Part shown: piece by piece, positions 37,376-47,258 of the stretch | Numbering within the stretch: the first letter of the stretch is position 1 | Layout of the letters: every line of letters begins with the position of its first letter | Source of the DNA: an uncultured Thermococci archaeon | GTDB lineage: Archaea; Methanobacteriota_B; Thermococci; Methanofastidiosales; B48-G16 | Direction of reading: 5' to 3' | DNA: 64,000 nucleotides | NCBI GenBank assembly: GCA_964595645.1 | Contig: CAZQQT010000007.1 | Coordinates: 72,809 to 136,808 of the forward strand | Position numbers and translations under genes: made by a program | Notes under the pieces: generated by a model | The model's input: only the letters and a program-made list of their open reading frames with translations | Database searches by the model: none | Told to the model about the DNA's origin: nothing

Positions 37376-38017
37376 CTAGTGGGGCTCCACCGTTTTTGCA
37401 ATGTGTTCCCCGCCTTTTTCCGGCACGATCCTGAGGAAGAACTGCACTACAGGTCCAATAGCGAGGGCGAAGGCCACCGTCCCCACACCAACTGGTCCCC
37501 CAAGGAAAAACCCGGTAACGAGGACCGAGATCTCGATGGAGTTCCGGACGAACCGGATACTTCTCCCTGTTTTCTTACTCAGTCCCAGCATCAGGCTGTC
37601 CCGTGGACCGGCACCGAGGTTTGAGTTGATGTATAGTCCCGAGCCGATCCCCACGAAAATCACGCCCCCTGCTAACATGGCAGCCTGCGAGACATAGCCA
37701 TTCATGTAGGGAACGTAGGGATTGATAATATCGATGAAGAACCCGATGAAGAACATATTGAGCAGCGTCCCGATCCCCGGATAGATACCGAGGAAACATG
37801 AGAGAATAATGATAATAAGCCCGACGAGCTGTGAGATTCTTCCCAGTGTTAACGGCACGTGGTGCGTTACACCGACATGGAACACCCCCCACGGACTCAT
37901 TCCCAGATCCGCCTTGAGCATGAAGACAATACCCGCAGCAAACATGAAAAACCCTGCCATGATCTGCACGTAGGCGAGGGGATCTCTGTTATCGAGGTGA
38001 AACTTATCCGTGTCCAT
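37376..38017 (-). CDS. YczE/YitT-like (DUF161-type) membrane protein
   Basis: 213-aa hydrophobic ORF (..MKADLGMSPWGVFHVGV..). Confidence 0.45.
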   Translation of the reverse strand: MDTDKFHLDNRDPLAYVQIMAGFFMFAAGIVFMLKADLGMSPWGVFHVGVTHHVPLTLGRISQLVGLIIIILSCFLGIYPGIGTLLNMFFIGFFIDIINPYVPYMNGYVSQAAMLAGGVIFVGIGSGLYINSNLGAGPRDSLMLGLSKKTGRSIRFVRNSIEISVLVTGFFLGGPVGVGTVAFALAIGPVVQFFLRIVPEKGGEHIAKTVEPH

Positions 38018-38310
38018 ACCTCACTTGCAGAGTATATACATTTAAGAGGGTTTGCCCTATCAGTACAGTGAATACTTCTCCTAGTCTATAGTGTAATTTC
38101 CCTTCAGATGGTCCTGGTGCTGAGTACCAACGCTCTCCTTTTTCACGCTTCCAGAGAATATCCTCCATATCAACATTTGAACAAAGAGATGGGTTTTGCT
38201 TTTAAATCTATATAATTCTACTATTCTATATTTGGAGAAAAATAAACAGCTACCACCCAATAGGATGATTCATCAGTACTTTATTTTTGCACTATTTTAT
38301 TACCGTACCT

Positions 38311-38565
38311 TCACCTATCTAATCCATGATAGATATCCTTTCTGTGCCCTACTGTCACTATAAACACTTTTTTCTCTTCTTTATCTATTTCAAAAATCAC
38401 TCTGTACTTTCCCACTCTCAAACTCCATAGATCGATGCCCTTCAAATGTTTTCCAAAGGACTGAGGAGTTTTTCCTCACTTTTTTTATCTTATTCTGTTC
38501 TCATTTTCTTTATCTACCCTGATAAGAATTTTTACCGCTTCGTCTGAGAGGAACATCTCATGCAT
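38311..38565 (-). pseudogene. RelE/ParE-family toxin gene disrupted by two frameshifts at homopolymer runs (A7 and T5 on the coding strand)
   Basis: Three frames concatenate to MHEMFLSDEAVKILIRVDKENENRIR / KKVRKNSSVLWKTFEGHRSMEFESGK / YRVIFEIDKEEKKVFIVTVGHRKDIYHGLDR, matching the RelE pattern (..yRiiYeid.e.k.v.il.vghRkdvY). It begins 1 nt after the stop of the upstream antitoxin-like gene. Confidence 0.5.
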
Positions 38566-38566
38566 T

Positions 38567-38752
38567 TTAACACTTATCAGCTATTTTCTCATATTCCTCT
38601 AACGAAACAACATCTCCTTTCTCAATATCTCTCTTACCTCGCCCCACACTCTCCATTAACTCTTTGTCAAAGAGTATACTCAGAATTTCTTCCATCTCCT
38701 CGACTTTCATTTTCAATTCTTTGAACTCTTCTTTTGTAACCTGTACAGACAT
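38567..38752 (-). CDS. Small antitoxin-like protein (61 aa) paired with the RelE relic
   Basis: Acidic helical 61-aa ORF (..EEFKELKMKVEEMEEIL..DIEKGDVVSLEEYEKI..) directly upstream of the RelE-like relic. Confidence 0.45.
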   Translation of the reverse strand: MSVQVTKEEFKELKMKVEEMEEILSILFDKELMESVGRGKRDIEKGDVVSLEEYEKIADKC

Positions 38753-38977
38753 GCTTCCTCCTTACTACAACACTATTCAAATTTATTTATCATTAGATCC
38801 ACTCCTCAATAAAAAAATCTTTTTCCTTCTCGCAGACAGGCTTCTTTCATGTCTCCCACTAATAATTCTTCGCGTCTGTATCTTCTACTAGGTCGTTTTA
38901 CCCTCTAAAGAGCAATAATACTGATTGGGGAATCTCCACAACCGTCGTGTTTCAAAAGAAAAGTAAAAAAGAAAAAA

Positions 38978-40003
38978 TTAAAACCGTCGGTGAATCTCGA
39001 GCATATCGGTGAGCATGGCGTACCCAGCAGTGGACGCACCTGCACCGGGTCCTACAACGGTGACGTCACCGGTGACATCGGTCTCAAAGGAAATCGCGTT
39101 CAGCACGCCCATGACATTTGCCAGCGGATCGGTGAGCGGGATCGGCTCCGGTTTCACCTGTGCTTTTACCTCACCGTCCTCTCGCCACGCCTTGCCGATG
39201 AGTTTTATTCGTTTTCCATCGTTTTTCGCCTGGTTCACATCGTCCAGATTGATATTCGTAATACCTTCACACGGGACATCGTCTAGTTTGACGTTGCCGT
39301 CCATGACGGCATTGGCGAGGATCACGATTTTCGCGAGGGGATCGTGGCCCTCCACATCCGCGGTAGGGTCCGTCTCGGCGTAGCCCTTCTCCTGCGCCTC
39401 TGTGAGGACCTCATCGTACGCTCGTCCCTCCTCCATGTTGGTGAGGATGTAGTTGGTCGTGCCGTTGAGAATCCCTCTGATACTTCTGATATCGCAGCCC
39501 GCAAGATCCCTCGTGCCGAGGTTGATGGCCGGGGTACCGGAGAGTACCGTCCCTTCGATTCCCATGTACGCGTTGTGTTCCTTAGCGATCTCCATCAGCT
39601 CATGGTACTGTAAGGCGGCGGGGCCTTTGTTCGTGGAGACGATGTGTTTCCCATTTTCCAACGCCGTTCGGTAGTGGGTGAGGCCCGGCTCGCCCGTCTC
39701 GATGTTCGTAGGCGTCGCCTCTACCACGATATCCACATCGGGCTTTTTGATCATCTCAACGCTTTTCAATCCTGTCTGTTCCGCCGGATAATCCTTGATT
39801 TTTCCTTTCTCCTCGTTCATCTTCAGTACCTTACCGAGATCGAGTCCGCTATCATCGTAGATACTCCCTTTCACCACATCGCACACACCGACAACATCGT
39901 ACTCAAAGCCGTACTTCTTCGCCAAGTGCGCTTTCTTCCTGTGCATGATCTCGGCCAGTCCTGTCCCAACAATGCCGAGTCCTATAAAAACTACGTTATA
40001 CAT
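38978..40003 (-). CDS. hom: Homoserine dehydrogenase
   Basis: NAD-binding N-terminus (VVFIGLGIVGTGLAEI) and catalytic region similarity. 341 aa. Overlaps the upstream aminotransferase gene. Confidence 0.8.
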   Translation of the reverse strand: MYNVVFIGLGIVGTGLAEIMHRKKAHLAKKYGFEYDVVGVCDVVKGSIYDDSGLDLGKVLKMNEEKGKIKDYPAEQTGLKSVEMIKKPDVDIVVEATPTNIETGEPGLTHYRTALENGKHIVSTNKGPAALQYHELMEIAKEHNAYMGIEGTVLSGTPAINLGTRDLAGCDIRSIRGILNGTTNYILTNMEEGRAYDEVLTEAQEKGYAETDPTADVEGHDPLAKIVILANAVMDGNVKLDDVPCEGITNINLDDVNQAKNDGKRIKLIGKAWREDGEVKAQVKPEPIPLTDPLANVMGVLNAISFETDVTGDVTVVGPGAGASTAGYAMLTDMLEIHRRF

Positions 40004-41147
40004 TTTTTATCACCTCTTCTATGTTATCCATCGCCTTTTCTATATTCTCCATTGAGTTTGCGTAAGAAAGGCGTAAATACCCTTCGCCGTAGGTACCAAA
40101 AGCCGTTCCAGGTGTGACAGACACATTCGCTTCCTCCAGGAACCGTTTCCATACCTCTTCACTGGTGCCGTACTGTGAGATATTGGGGAACACGTAGAAC
40201 GCTCCCTTCGGCATGACCGTCGGGATACCCATCTCGTTGAGTCGTTTCACCAGGTACTGCCGTCGTGTATCGTACTCCTTTCTCATTTCCTCTACGCAAC
40301 TCTGATCACCTTCCAATGCAGCCAGCGCGGCTCTCTGAGAAACGGCAGGAGCACAGATACTGGTGTAGACGCCGATCATCCCCATGGAGTGAATGATCTC
40401 CTTTTTTCCAGCAGCGTAGCCAATTCGCCATCCCGTCATGGCGTACGCCTTGGAAAACCCATTGATCAGAACACAGCGTTCCTTCATCTCCGGGATGGAC
40501 GCAATGGAGAAGTGTTTTTCTCCGTAGATAAGTTTCTCGTAAATTTCGTCGGTAAGTACGAGAAGATCGTTCTCTATCACGATATCAGCAATTTTTCGTA
40601 GGTTTTTTTCCGAGATCACGCTTCCCGTCGGGTTCGCCGGAGAGTTGAGGATCAAGAGCTTCGTGTTCTCCGTGATTTTTTCCTCGAGATCGTCGGGGGT
40701 CAGCGCGAACTTGTTCTTCTCCTTCACCTGTACCGGCACCACACTAGCATTGAGAAATGCACCGACGTAGATATAGTTGAAGTATCCTGGATCCTGGACG
40801 AGCACCTCATCTCCCGGATCGAGCACCGCCCGCATGAGGAGATCGATGGCATTACCGGCGCCACACGTCACCATGACCTCTTCCTCTGGATCCACGTTCA
40901 CATTGTTTTCCCGTGTGAGTTTCTCCGCAATGGCATTTCTCAGCTCGGAGAGTCCAAAGTTCGAGGTGTAGTGTGTGTACTCCGATTCCAGTGCTTCTTT
41001 CCCGGCCTCAATAATGTGATCCGGCGTATCGAAGTCCGGTTCGCCAATAGAGAGGCTTGTGACCCCCTCGTACTCAGATGCAATGTTGAGAATTTCCTCG
41101 AGCATGGAAGGAGGAGCGTTCTTTATCCGTTCTGCCGTCCATTTCAT
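39996..41147 (-). CDS. Class I/II pyridoxal-phosphate aminotransferase (aspartate/aromatic type)
   Basis: PLP lysine region (NGFSKAYAMTGWRIGY) and typical length (383 aa). Confidence 0.8.
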   Translation of the reverse strand: MKWTAERIKNAPPSMLEEILNIASEYEGVTSLSIGEPDFDTPDHIIEAGKEALESEYTHYTSNFGLSELRNAIAEKLTRENNVNVDPEEEVMVTCGAGNAIDLLMRAVLDPGDEVLVQDPGYFNYIYVGAFLNASVVPVQVKEKNKFALTPDDLEEKITENTKLLILNSPANPTGSVISEKNLRKIADIVIENDLLVLTDEIYEKLIYGEKHFSIASIPEMKERCVLINGFSKAYAMTGWRIGYAAGKKEIIHSMGMIGVYTSICAPAVSQRAALAALEGDQSCVEEMRKEYDTRRQYLVKRLNEMGIPTVMPKGAFYVFPNISQYGTSEEVWKRFLEEANVSVTPGTAFGTYGEGYLRLSYANSMENIEKAMDNIEEVIKNV

Positions 41148-41152
41148 TCAAA

Positions 41153-42931
41153 TCACTCCAGTCCCAGCTCTTTCAGTTTTTTCTTGGTGGGATGGCCGTT
41201 CTCATCCCAGCCGCGCAGCTCGTAGTACTGAGAAAGCATCTTCTCAAATCGTTCTTTTCCTATTCTCGCCTCGTCGAGCTCCAGGCTTTCCTCCATAATA
41301 CGCTGTGGAACCGTCTCATCCTTTCGCGTCACGCCGTTCTTGATATTGAAGAGTTTTGTGAGATTCCAGATCCGTTCTCCGGTTTGTAAATATTCTTCCT
41401 TCGTATAATCAAAGCCTGTGGCTGTGTTCAGCATCTCTACAAATGTCTCAACGTCCAGTGGTGCAAAATCACAGAGCACAAGCGAGTAGCAACACGCCCG
41501 TTCATCCTGTCCCTCTTTCACGAACTCCGCTCGCCCATCGATACCGTACCGGGGGGTCAAATCTCCTTGTATCTCCGCATTCACAGTCCAGACCCGTTGG
41601 TGGCACGCACCGCGGTCGCTCGTAGCATAGGCCAGTCCCATACCAAAGGCACCACGAGGATCGTAGCCCGGGAACTCCAGTCCTTTGGACTGTATGGCAT
41701 ACTCCGTGCCGCCGTACTTCTCTGACATTCGCTTCACGCCCTCGGCGAGATCGTCGCCGATACCTTCACGGTACGCGATCTTCCGTATCAACTCCTTCTG
41801 GGATTTTGGATCGCTGAACGTAATATCCGCATCGATAAGACCATTTTTCGCTGCCTCTATGGCAAATGCCACCGCATTCCCGGCAGAGATGGTATCAAGT
41901 CCAAGATCGTCACAGAGATACGAGAGATACGCAACATCTTCGATACTTCCATTGCCACAGTTACTGCCCAGAAGTGCGATGGTCTCGTACTCTGGACCTT
42001 CCAGCTCGTACTCTTCACCATCAAACTCGAATTTTGTCCATTTGCCGCAGGCAATGGGACAGTTGAAACATGATTTATTCTCCTTGACAATTGTATCGTG
42101 CATCGTCTCTCCGGAGATATCCTCCGCATGTTCAAAATTTCCCTGCGAGAAATTGCGGGTCGGGAGCAGCTTATTTTCGTTCACTGGATTGACCCATATG
42201 GGTGTCCCGTACTTCCTCCGCTGGGGAATAAATGAATTTTCATTGATCATGGTGATTGCTTTTTTTACGGCAGCCTTGTATTTCTCCTCATCCGCGTACT
42301 TCAGCTTTTTCGTCCCGTTGATCACGACAGCCTTCAGGTTCTTCGATCCCATCACAGCTCCTGCACCACCTCGTCCGGCGTTGCCGCCTCTGCCACCGTG
42401 GACCTGGAGATCCGTATTGATACACGCAAACTTCACCTGGTTCTCACCGGCCACACCGATGGAGAGTACTCGTCCTTCCTCCTGTAACAGATGTTCTGTA
42501 TCAAAACAGTTCTTCCCCCAGAGATGTCCTGCATCCTTTATTTCCACATCATCATCGTTAATCGCAATGTACACTGGATTTTCTGCCTTTCCTTTTATCA
42601 CAACAAAATCATATCCTGCTTTTTTCATTTCTGCACCGAAATACCCACCCACATGTGAATCAAGATACAGCGAGGTGAGCGGTGACTTCGTAACCACACA
42701 CCAGCGTCCTGAGGTAGGCGTGAGTGTACCGGTCAATGGCCCTGTGGCAAGAATGAGTACGTTCTCTGGAGAGAGGGGATCCACGACGGGATCGATCTCG
42801 TCAAAGAGCATTTTTGCACCGAGACCTTTCCCACCAATAAACTTTCGAGCGTCCTCTTCATTCAGCTGTTCCCTAGAGACCGTCTCATTCGAGAGGTCTA
42901 TCGTGAGAATTGTTCCTGTGTAGCCATACAT
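41153..42931 (-). CDS. aor: Tungsten-containing aldehyde:ferredoxin oxidoreductase (AOR family)
   Basis: AOR_N and AOR C-terminal domains with the [4Fe-4S] cysteine pattern (CFNCPIACG). 592 aa. Confidence 0.85.
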   Translation of the reverse strand: MYGYTGTILTIDLSNETVSREQLNEEDARKFIGGKGLGAKMLFDEIDPVVDPLSPENVLILATGPLTGTLTPTSGRWCVVTKSPLTSLYLDSHVGGYFGAEMKKAGYDFVVIKGKAENPVYIAINDDDVEIKDAGHLWGKNCFDTEHLLQEEGRVLSIGVAGENQVKFACINTDLQVHGGRGGNAGRGGAGAVMGSKNLKAVVINGTKKLKYADEEKYKAAVKKAITMINENSFIPQRRKYGTPIWVNPVNENKLLPTRNFSQGNFEHAEDISGETMHDTIVKENKSCFNCPIACGKWTKFEFDGEEYELEGPEYETIALLGSNCGNGSIEDVAYLSYLCDDLGLDTISAGNAVAFAIEAAKNGLIDADITFSDPKSQKELIRKIAYREGIGDDLAEGVKRMSEKYGGTEYAIQSKGLEFPGYDPRGAFGMGLAYATSDRGACHQRVWTVNAEIQGDLTPRYGIDGRAEFVKEGQDERACCYSLVLCDFAPLDVETFVEMLNTATGFDYTKEEYLQTGERIWNLTKLFNIKNGVTRKDETVPQRIMEESLELDEARIGKERFEKMLSQYYELRGWDENGHPTKKKLKELGLE

Positions 42932-42935
42932 TCAA

Positions 42936-43880
42936 TCACTTGGGTATTGCTAGATCTGCTGGACCCTGCTCCGACAGTGTAAGCTCGGGGTTAATTTTGT
43001 TGATGAAATCCCGTATAAGCTGTGCATACTTCACTTTGTCCCGTGCCATATTCGCGAGGAAATCCTCTGAGGTCCACGGCTTGTAGATACCTCCGCCGGC
43101 AGCAAGGGTTGTTCCAGGCTCAATTTTGAAGTAACAGGGAGAAGAAACACGTGCGAGTTCTGCACCTTCCCACATTCTATTAAATCCTCCAAAAGACTCC
43201 GAAAGCATTATATGAACGTCTAATGGCATTTTTGTTGCTTTTCGTATCGATGCAAACATCTGAAGTGGGAGATCGCCCAATGGATTGAATGTGTTCGCTC
43301 CTAACTGCTCAAGCACCTTCGCACCGGCTGCACTGGCATGTCCAGCGTATATCGATACCTTGAAGACAGTATCTTTCGGGATAATACCATCTTCCCGTAG
43401 TTTGGAGAGCAGCCAGAGAGCTCCTTCATCAGTGGCAAGGAATCCTCTGAATCCAAGCTCGGTACATCGCACAATATCTGCGATGAGGTATGAGAGGTTA
43501 TCGCTCCCCCGGGTCCGCATACCAGAGAGAGAACCTTCTGGTGTTGCCAGCTGTCGTCCAATATCCCAGCCCCGGCGTGGTCCGGGTGTAATAATCACTT
43601 CCATTTCCTTCTCTTTTGCCAGTGCCGCAAACTCTTCCAGTTCCTCATCGTCTAGATATGTGGAACCCATCACCGTACTGATCAGTCTGTGCACTGGCAC
43701 ATTACGTTCTTCCATCTCGTCTACCAATGCTTCAAGAGTAGAGAGCCGTTCGACTCCAGAGATCTCTATTCGGTAGTTCGCACCATCTGGAAAGGTCAAA
43801 GAAGAGGTTGGCAGTTCGTACAGGTCTCTTCCCGGTACTCCATGTTTCTCCATGGCACTCCTAATTTTCTCTATGTCCAT
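42936..43880 (-). CDS. Conserved hypothetical protein (314 aa), possibly a TIM-barrel enzyme, co-directional with and immediately upstream of aor
   Basis: ORF with a 4-nt gap to aor. No diagnostic motif recognised. Confidence 0.4.
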   Translation of the reverse strand: MDIEKIRSAMEKHGVPGRDLYELPTSSLTFPDGANYRIEISGVERLSTLEALVDEMEERNVPVHRLISTVMGSTYLDDEELEEFAALAKEKEMEVIITPGPRRGWDIGRQLATPEGSLSGMRTRGSDNLSYLIADIVRCTELGFRGFLATDEGALWLLSKLREDGIIPKDTVFKVSIYAGHASAAGAKVLEQLGANTFNPLGDLPLQMFASIRKATKMPLDVHIMLSESFGGFNRMWEGAELARVSSPCYFKIEPGTTLAAGGGIYKPWTSEDFLANMARDKVKYAQLIRDFINKINPELTLSEQGPADLAIPK

Positions 43881-44129
43881 GTATATTCCTCCAAGTTATT
43901 TTTCTAAAATTTTTTATTCTTTACTCCTTTCAATGATATATATGTCTTCTTTGTTTAAATATTTATCCCTTTACTTAACAAACTGAGAAAAAAGCTTTAA
44001 AAATCCATAATATATAGAAAAGGATTGGATAAGTGCAGTGTTGTCTCTGACTAAAGTAGAAAAATAGAGGGGCATGCTCTCGTTTCATCTATACTTAACG
44101 CTTAAATAGACGCAAATCAATTTTCAACA

Positions 44130-45047
44130 ATGAAACGGCAAAACTGGGCATACCTTTATGCAGCCGGTGCAGTGCTGGCATGGTCAACGGTGGCTTCTGC
44201 CTTCAAGATCTCACTGCGGTACGTGGATGTGCTCCACCTCCTCCTGTACTCCACGCTGGTATCGAGTACCGTTCTTTTCCTCATTCTCACCGCACAGAGA
44301 AAACTCTCCGTGTTGAAAACCTACACAAGAGAAGAATACGTCCGCTCCGCACTGCTCAGTTTTTTAAGTCCCTTCCTCTACTACATGATCCTTTTCAAAG
44401 CGTATTCACTTCTTCCTGCGCAGGTAGCGCAGCCACTAAACTGTATCTGGCCCATCACCCTTGTGTTACTTTCGATCCCTCTCCTTGGACAGAAGATAGG
44501 ATTGAAAAGCATCACTGCCGTTCTCATAAGCTTCTTTGGCGTGGTGATCGTCGGCACCCGGGGAAACTTCACATCTCCCCAAGGATCGGATCCTCTCGGT
44601 GTCTCTCTGGCTGTGGGATCCTCTGTGATATGGTCCCTTTTCTGGATCTGTAACATGCGAGATTCCCGTGATGAAGTGGCAAAACTCTTCTTAAACTTTT
44701 CATTCAGCTTTGTGTTCGTGATACTCACTATTTTCATCGTGTCGGAGCCTACACTGCCACAGTTCGAGGGACTCATAGGGGTGACGTACGTGGGCATATT
44801 CGAGATGGGTGTTACCTTTGTCATGTGGTTAAAGGCACTCACCCTCTCAGAAACAACGGCGCAGGTGAGCAACCTCGTATTCCTCTTTCCATTTATCTCG
44901 TTGATCTTCATCCGTCAGATAGTTGGGGAATCAATACTCATCTCAACGGTAGTAGGGCTCATCTTCATCGTCACAGGGATCCTCATCCAACAGTACGCCG
45001 GAGTCTCCCAATCGACTCTCCGAGAATCTGTTGAAACGGAGAAATAG
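44130..45047 (+). CDS. EamA/DMT-family transporter (10 TM)
   Basis: Two EamA-like halves with hydrophobic periodicity. 305 aa. Confidence 0.65.
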   Translation: MKRQNWAYLYAAGAVLAWSTVASAFKISLRYVDVLHLLLYSTLVSSTVLFLILTAQRKLSVLKTYTREEYVRSALLSFLSPFLYYMILFKAYSLLPAQVAQPLNCIWPITLVLLSIPLLGQKIGLKSITAVLISFFGVVIVGTRGNFTSPQGSDPLGVSLAVGSSVIWSLFWICNMRDSRDEVAKLFLNFSFSFVFVILTIFIVSEPTLPQFEGLIGVTYVGIFEMGVTFVMWLKALTLSETTAQVSNLVFLFPFISLIFIRQIVGESILISTVVGLIFIVTGILIQQYAGVSQSTLRESVETEK

Positions 45048-45068
45048 GAACAGTCCACGTTTTATATA

Positions 45069-45461
45069 GTGAAGAAAGTAAGGTCTACCATGGACATAAA
45101 AGAGACACTTTCTCAATACCTGAGAGCACTGGAACATGGAAAGTACGATGAGATTACAGCATTGTTCGCAGAGGATGCCACCGTCACCTCTCCTCTGTAT
45201 GGAGAGATGGACGCCGCAACATTCTACAAGGCACTGTTTGAAGATACGCAACAATCGACAATTGCACCGCTACACTTCTTCACCAACGAGAATGCAGGGG
45301 CTGCACACTTCCGTTACGAGTGGATATTGGAGGATGGAACTCCCACTTCGTTCGAATGCGTAGACGTCGTGAAACTTTCTGAAAACGGTAAAATAGTGCA
45401 CTTAACGATTATTTACGATACATATACGATCCGTCAGCAGTTTGAGAAAATGAAAGAGTGA
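45069..45461 (+). CDS. SnoaL/NTF2-like fold protein
   Basis: 130 aa (..FAEDATVTSPLYGEM...FRYEWILEDGTPTSFECVDVVKLSENGKIVHL..), typical of ketosteroid-isomerase-like proteins. Confidence 0.45.
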   Translation: MKKVRSTMDIKETLSQYLRALEHGKYDEITALFAEDATVTSPLYGEMDAATFYKALFEDTQQSTIAPLHFFTNENAGAAHFRYEWILEDGTPTSFECVDVVKLSENGKIVHLTIIYDTYTIRQQFEKMKE

Positions 45462-45766
45462 TCGTTTCTGCGAAACCCTTATATACACAGAAAAGAAATA
45501 TACTACTGTAGGGATTATTAGAAACATGGGGCCTCCCCAACTAAAATATACTTCAATAGGTGGATAAAAGTGGCGAAGAAAAGAAGAACACCTTTTTGGG
45601 AGATAGCCACGTCGGTATGGCAAATAACTGGATTTATTGCCTTCATAATTCTTCAAATATGCATCCCTGTGTTCTACTTCCTTCTCGTCTTCTATTTTAA
45701 GAAATTTTTTATAGGCTAAGAGTATACGAGATGAAGAAAGTTACAAAATAAGAAAAGAAAGAAAAA

Positions 45767-47095
45767 TTACGAGCACGTGATGCCCAAGTTCTCCGCGATC
45801 TCTTCACAAAGTTCGAGCGCTTTCAAGAGTTCATTGTTCGCGTAGATCGTATTCTGTGTCGTGTTCGCGTTATCGAGGTGAGTCTGCATCTCGTCCAGTA
45901 ACGCTTCGACGTCATCTGGTATGTCCTCCGGCAAGTTCTCCTCGATACACGCGTGGTATGTATTCACCTGCGCGAGATGGTAGTTTTTCACCGGCATGAA
46001 GGACACAATGGGGTTGATGAATAGCTCCTCTCCAAGCATTGCGCCGTAGATATCATTTGGATAATTCCTGGCATCCATCCAGACAACGATGTTCTCATAG
46101 ATTGCTGGATGCCGTTGAAGATTGTTAGGATAGGTGGCTATGGGAAAGACTGTATACGTTGAGAGATCACGACCGTACAGATCATAATTACTCAACAACC
46201 CCGCAGGACCATCCATCCAGACGACGATGTCACCATAGATATCCGGATTGTAATGACACATTCCTCCTGTCGTTATCGGAAACTCTGTATGTGTTGAGAT
46301 GGTATAGCCATAGATATCGGAGACCATTGGTCCATTTCTGTGATCCTGCCAGACGACAATATTTCCGTAGATTGCTGGATAGACTTGACCATTCGGATCT
46401 GTCGTTATCGGAAACTCGCCGACATCATCTCCTGTTCCGATCCTGCCGTCCGGCCCCATGTCGTAGCCGTAGATATCGGGGTTAGCTGACCCATTTCTTT
46501 CATCCATCCAGACGACGATGGATCCGTAGATTGCTGGATGCCTCTGATGAGATCCACATACTATGCAGAGGGGAATTTCACCGCCATCGTCTCCTGTTCC
46601 GAAGAGACCGTCCGGCCCCATGTCGTAGCCGTAGATATCATCATCTGATGGACCATTTCTATCATCCGCCCACACAATGGTCTTCCCGTAGATCACCGGA
46701 TGGTACTGACCGCTCGTATGTGTTGTTACCTGAAACTCCGTATGAGTTGAGAAATTATAGCCGTAAATATTGCAATCTGTCCAGCTACCGGTATCGTCTC
46801 TGTAATCTTCCCAGACAACGATGTTCTCATGAATTGATGGATTCTGTTGCACACTCGCAGCCGTGCATATGGGGAACTCTGTATTCGTTGAGAGGTTGTA
46901 TCCGTAGATGTCCTCATTCGATGGACCATTTCTGTCGTCATACCAGACGACAATATCACCATAGATATCCGGGTCTCTTTGATCGTTTGGATCTGTACAT
47001 ATAGGAAACTCTTGTACCGTATAGCTCGCCGAAACGATACCAACTAGTGAAATCAACAATAATACTACCAATATTCCTCCTTTTATTTTTCTCAT
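45767..47095 (-). CDS. Secreted tandem-repeat protein. About eight ~46-aa repeats with a (D/N)IYG(Y/D)-x-IVVW-x-D-x-RNG consensus. Predicted beta-propeller.
   Basis: Signal peptide (MRKIKGGILVVLLLISLVGIVSASYT). Repeats visible in the protein (DIYGDIVVWYDDRNGPSNEDIYGYNLST.., PAIYGSIVVWMDERNGSANPDIYGYDMGPDG.. and so on). Confidence 0.6.
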   Translation of the reverse strand: MRKIKGGILVVLLLISLVGIVSASYTVQEFPICTDPNDQRDPDIYGDIVVWYDDRNGPSNEDIYGYNLSTNTEFPICTAASVQQNPSIHENIVVWEDYRDDTGSWTDCNIYGYNFSTHTEFQVTTHTSGQYHPVIYGKTIVWADDRNGPSDDDIYGYDMGPDGLFGTGDDGGEIPLCIVCGSHQRHPAIYGSIVVWMDERNGSANPDIYGYDMGPDGRIGTGDDVGEFPITTDPNGQVYPAIYGNIVVWQDHRNGPMVSDIYGYTISTHTEFPITTGGMCHYNPDIYGDIVVWMDGPAGLLSNYDLYGRDLSTYTVFPIATYPNNLQRHPAIYENIVVWMDARNYPNDIYGAMLGEELFINPIVSFMPVKNYHLAQVNTYHACIEENLPEDIPDDVEALLDEMQTHLDNANTTQNTIYANNELLKALELCEEIAENLGITCS

Positions 47096-47258
47096 TTGAT
47101 CACTCTCGAGTATGAAAATTTAGTATCTTCTATAATTTAATATATAAAAAGATTTCGGTTAATATTGGGTATCTCGCTCTCTGTGGGAAAAAACGATGAG
47201 AAAAATATCCTCCCAAAATCCTTTCCTCCAAAATGTGTCAGTAAAAGACAGCAAGAAC

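Noticed and set aside
36827-37624. 265-aa + ORF overlapping the hydrolase-membrane gene and the YczE-like gene
   Set aside because: Out-of-frame overlap with two hydrophobic genes. Arg/His/Pro-rich translation typical of an off-frame reading.
41685-42923. 412-aa + strand ORF opposite aor
   Set aside because: Ser/Pro/Phe-rich low-complexity translation. The opposite strand encodes a full-length AOR with cofactor motifs.
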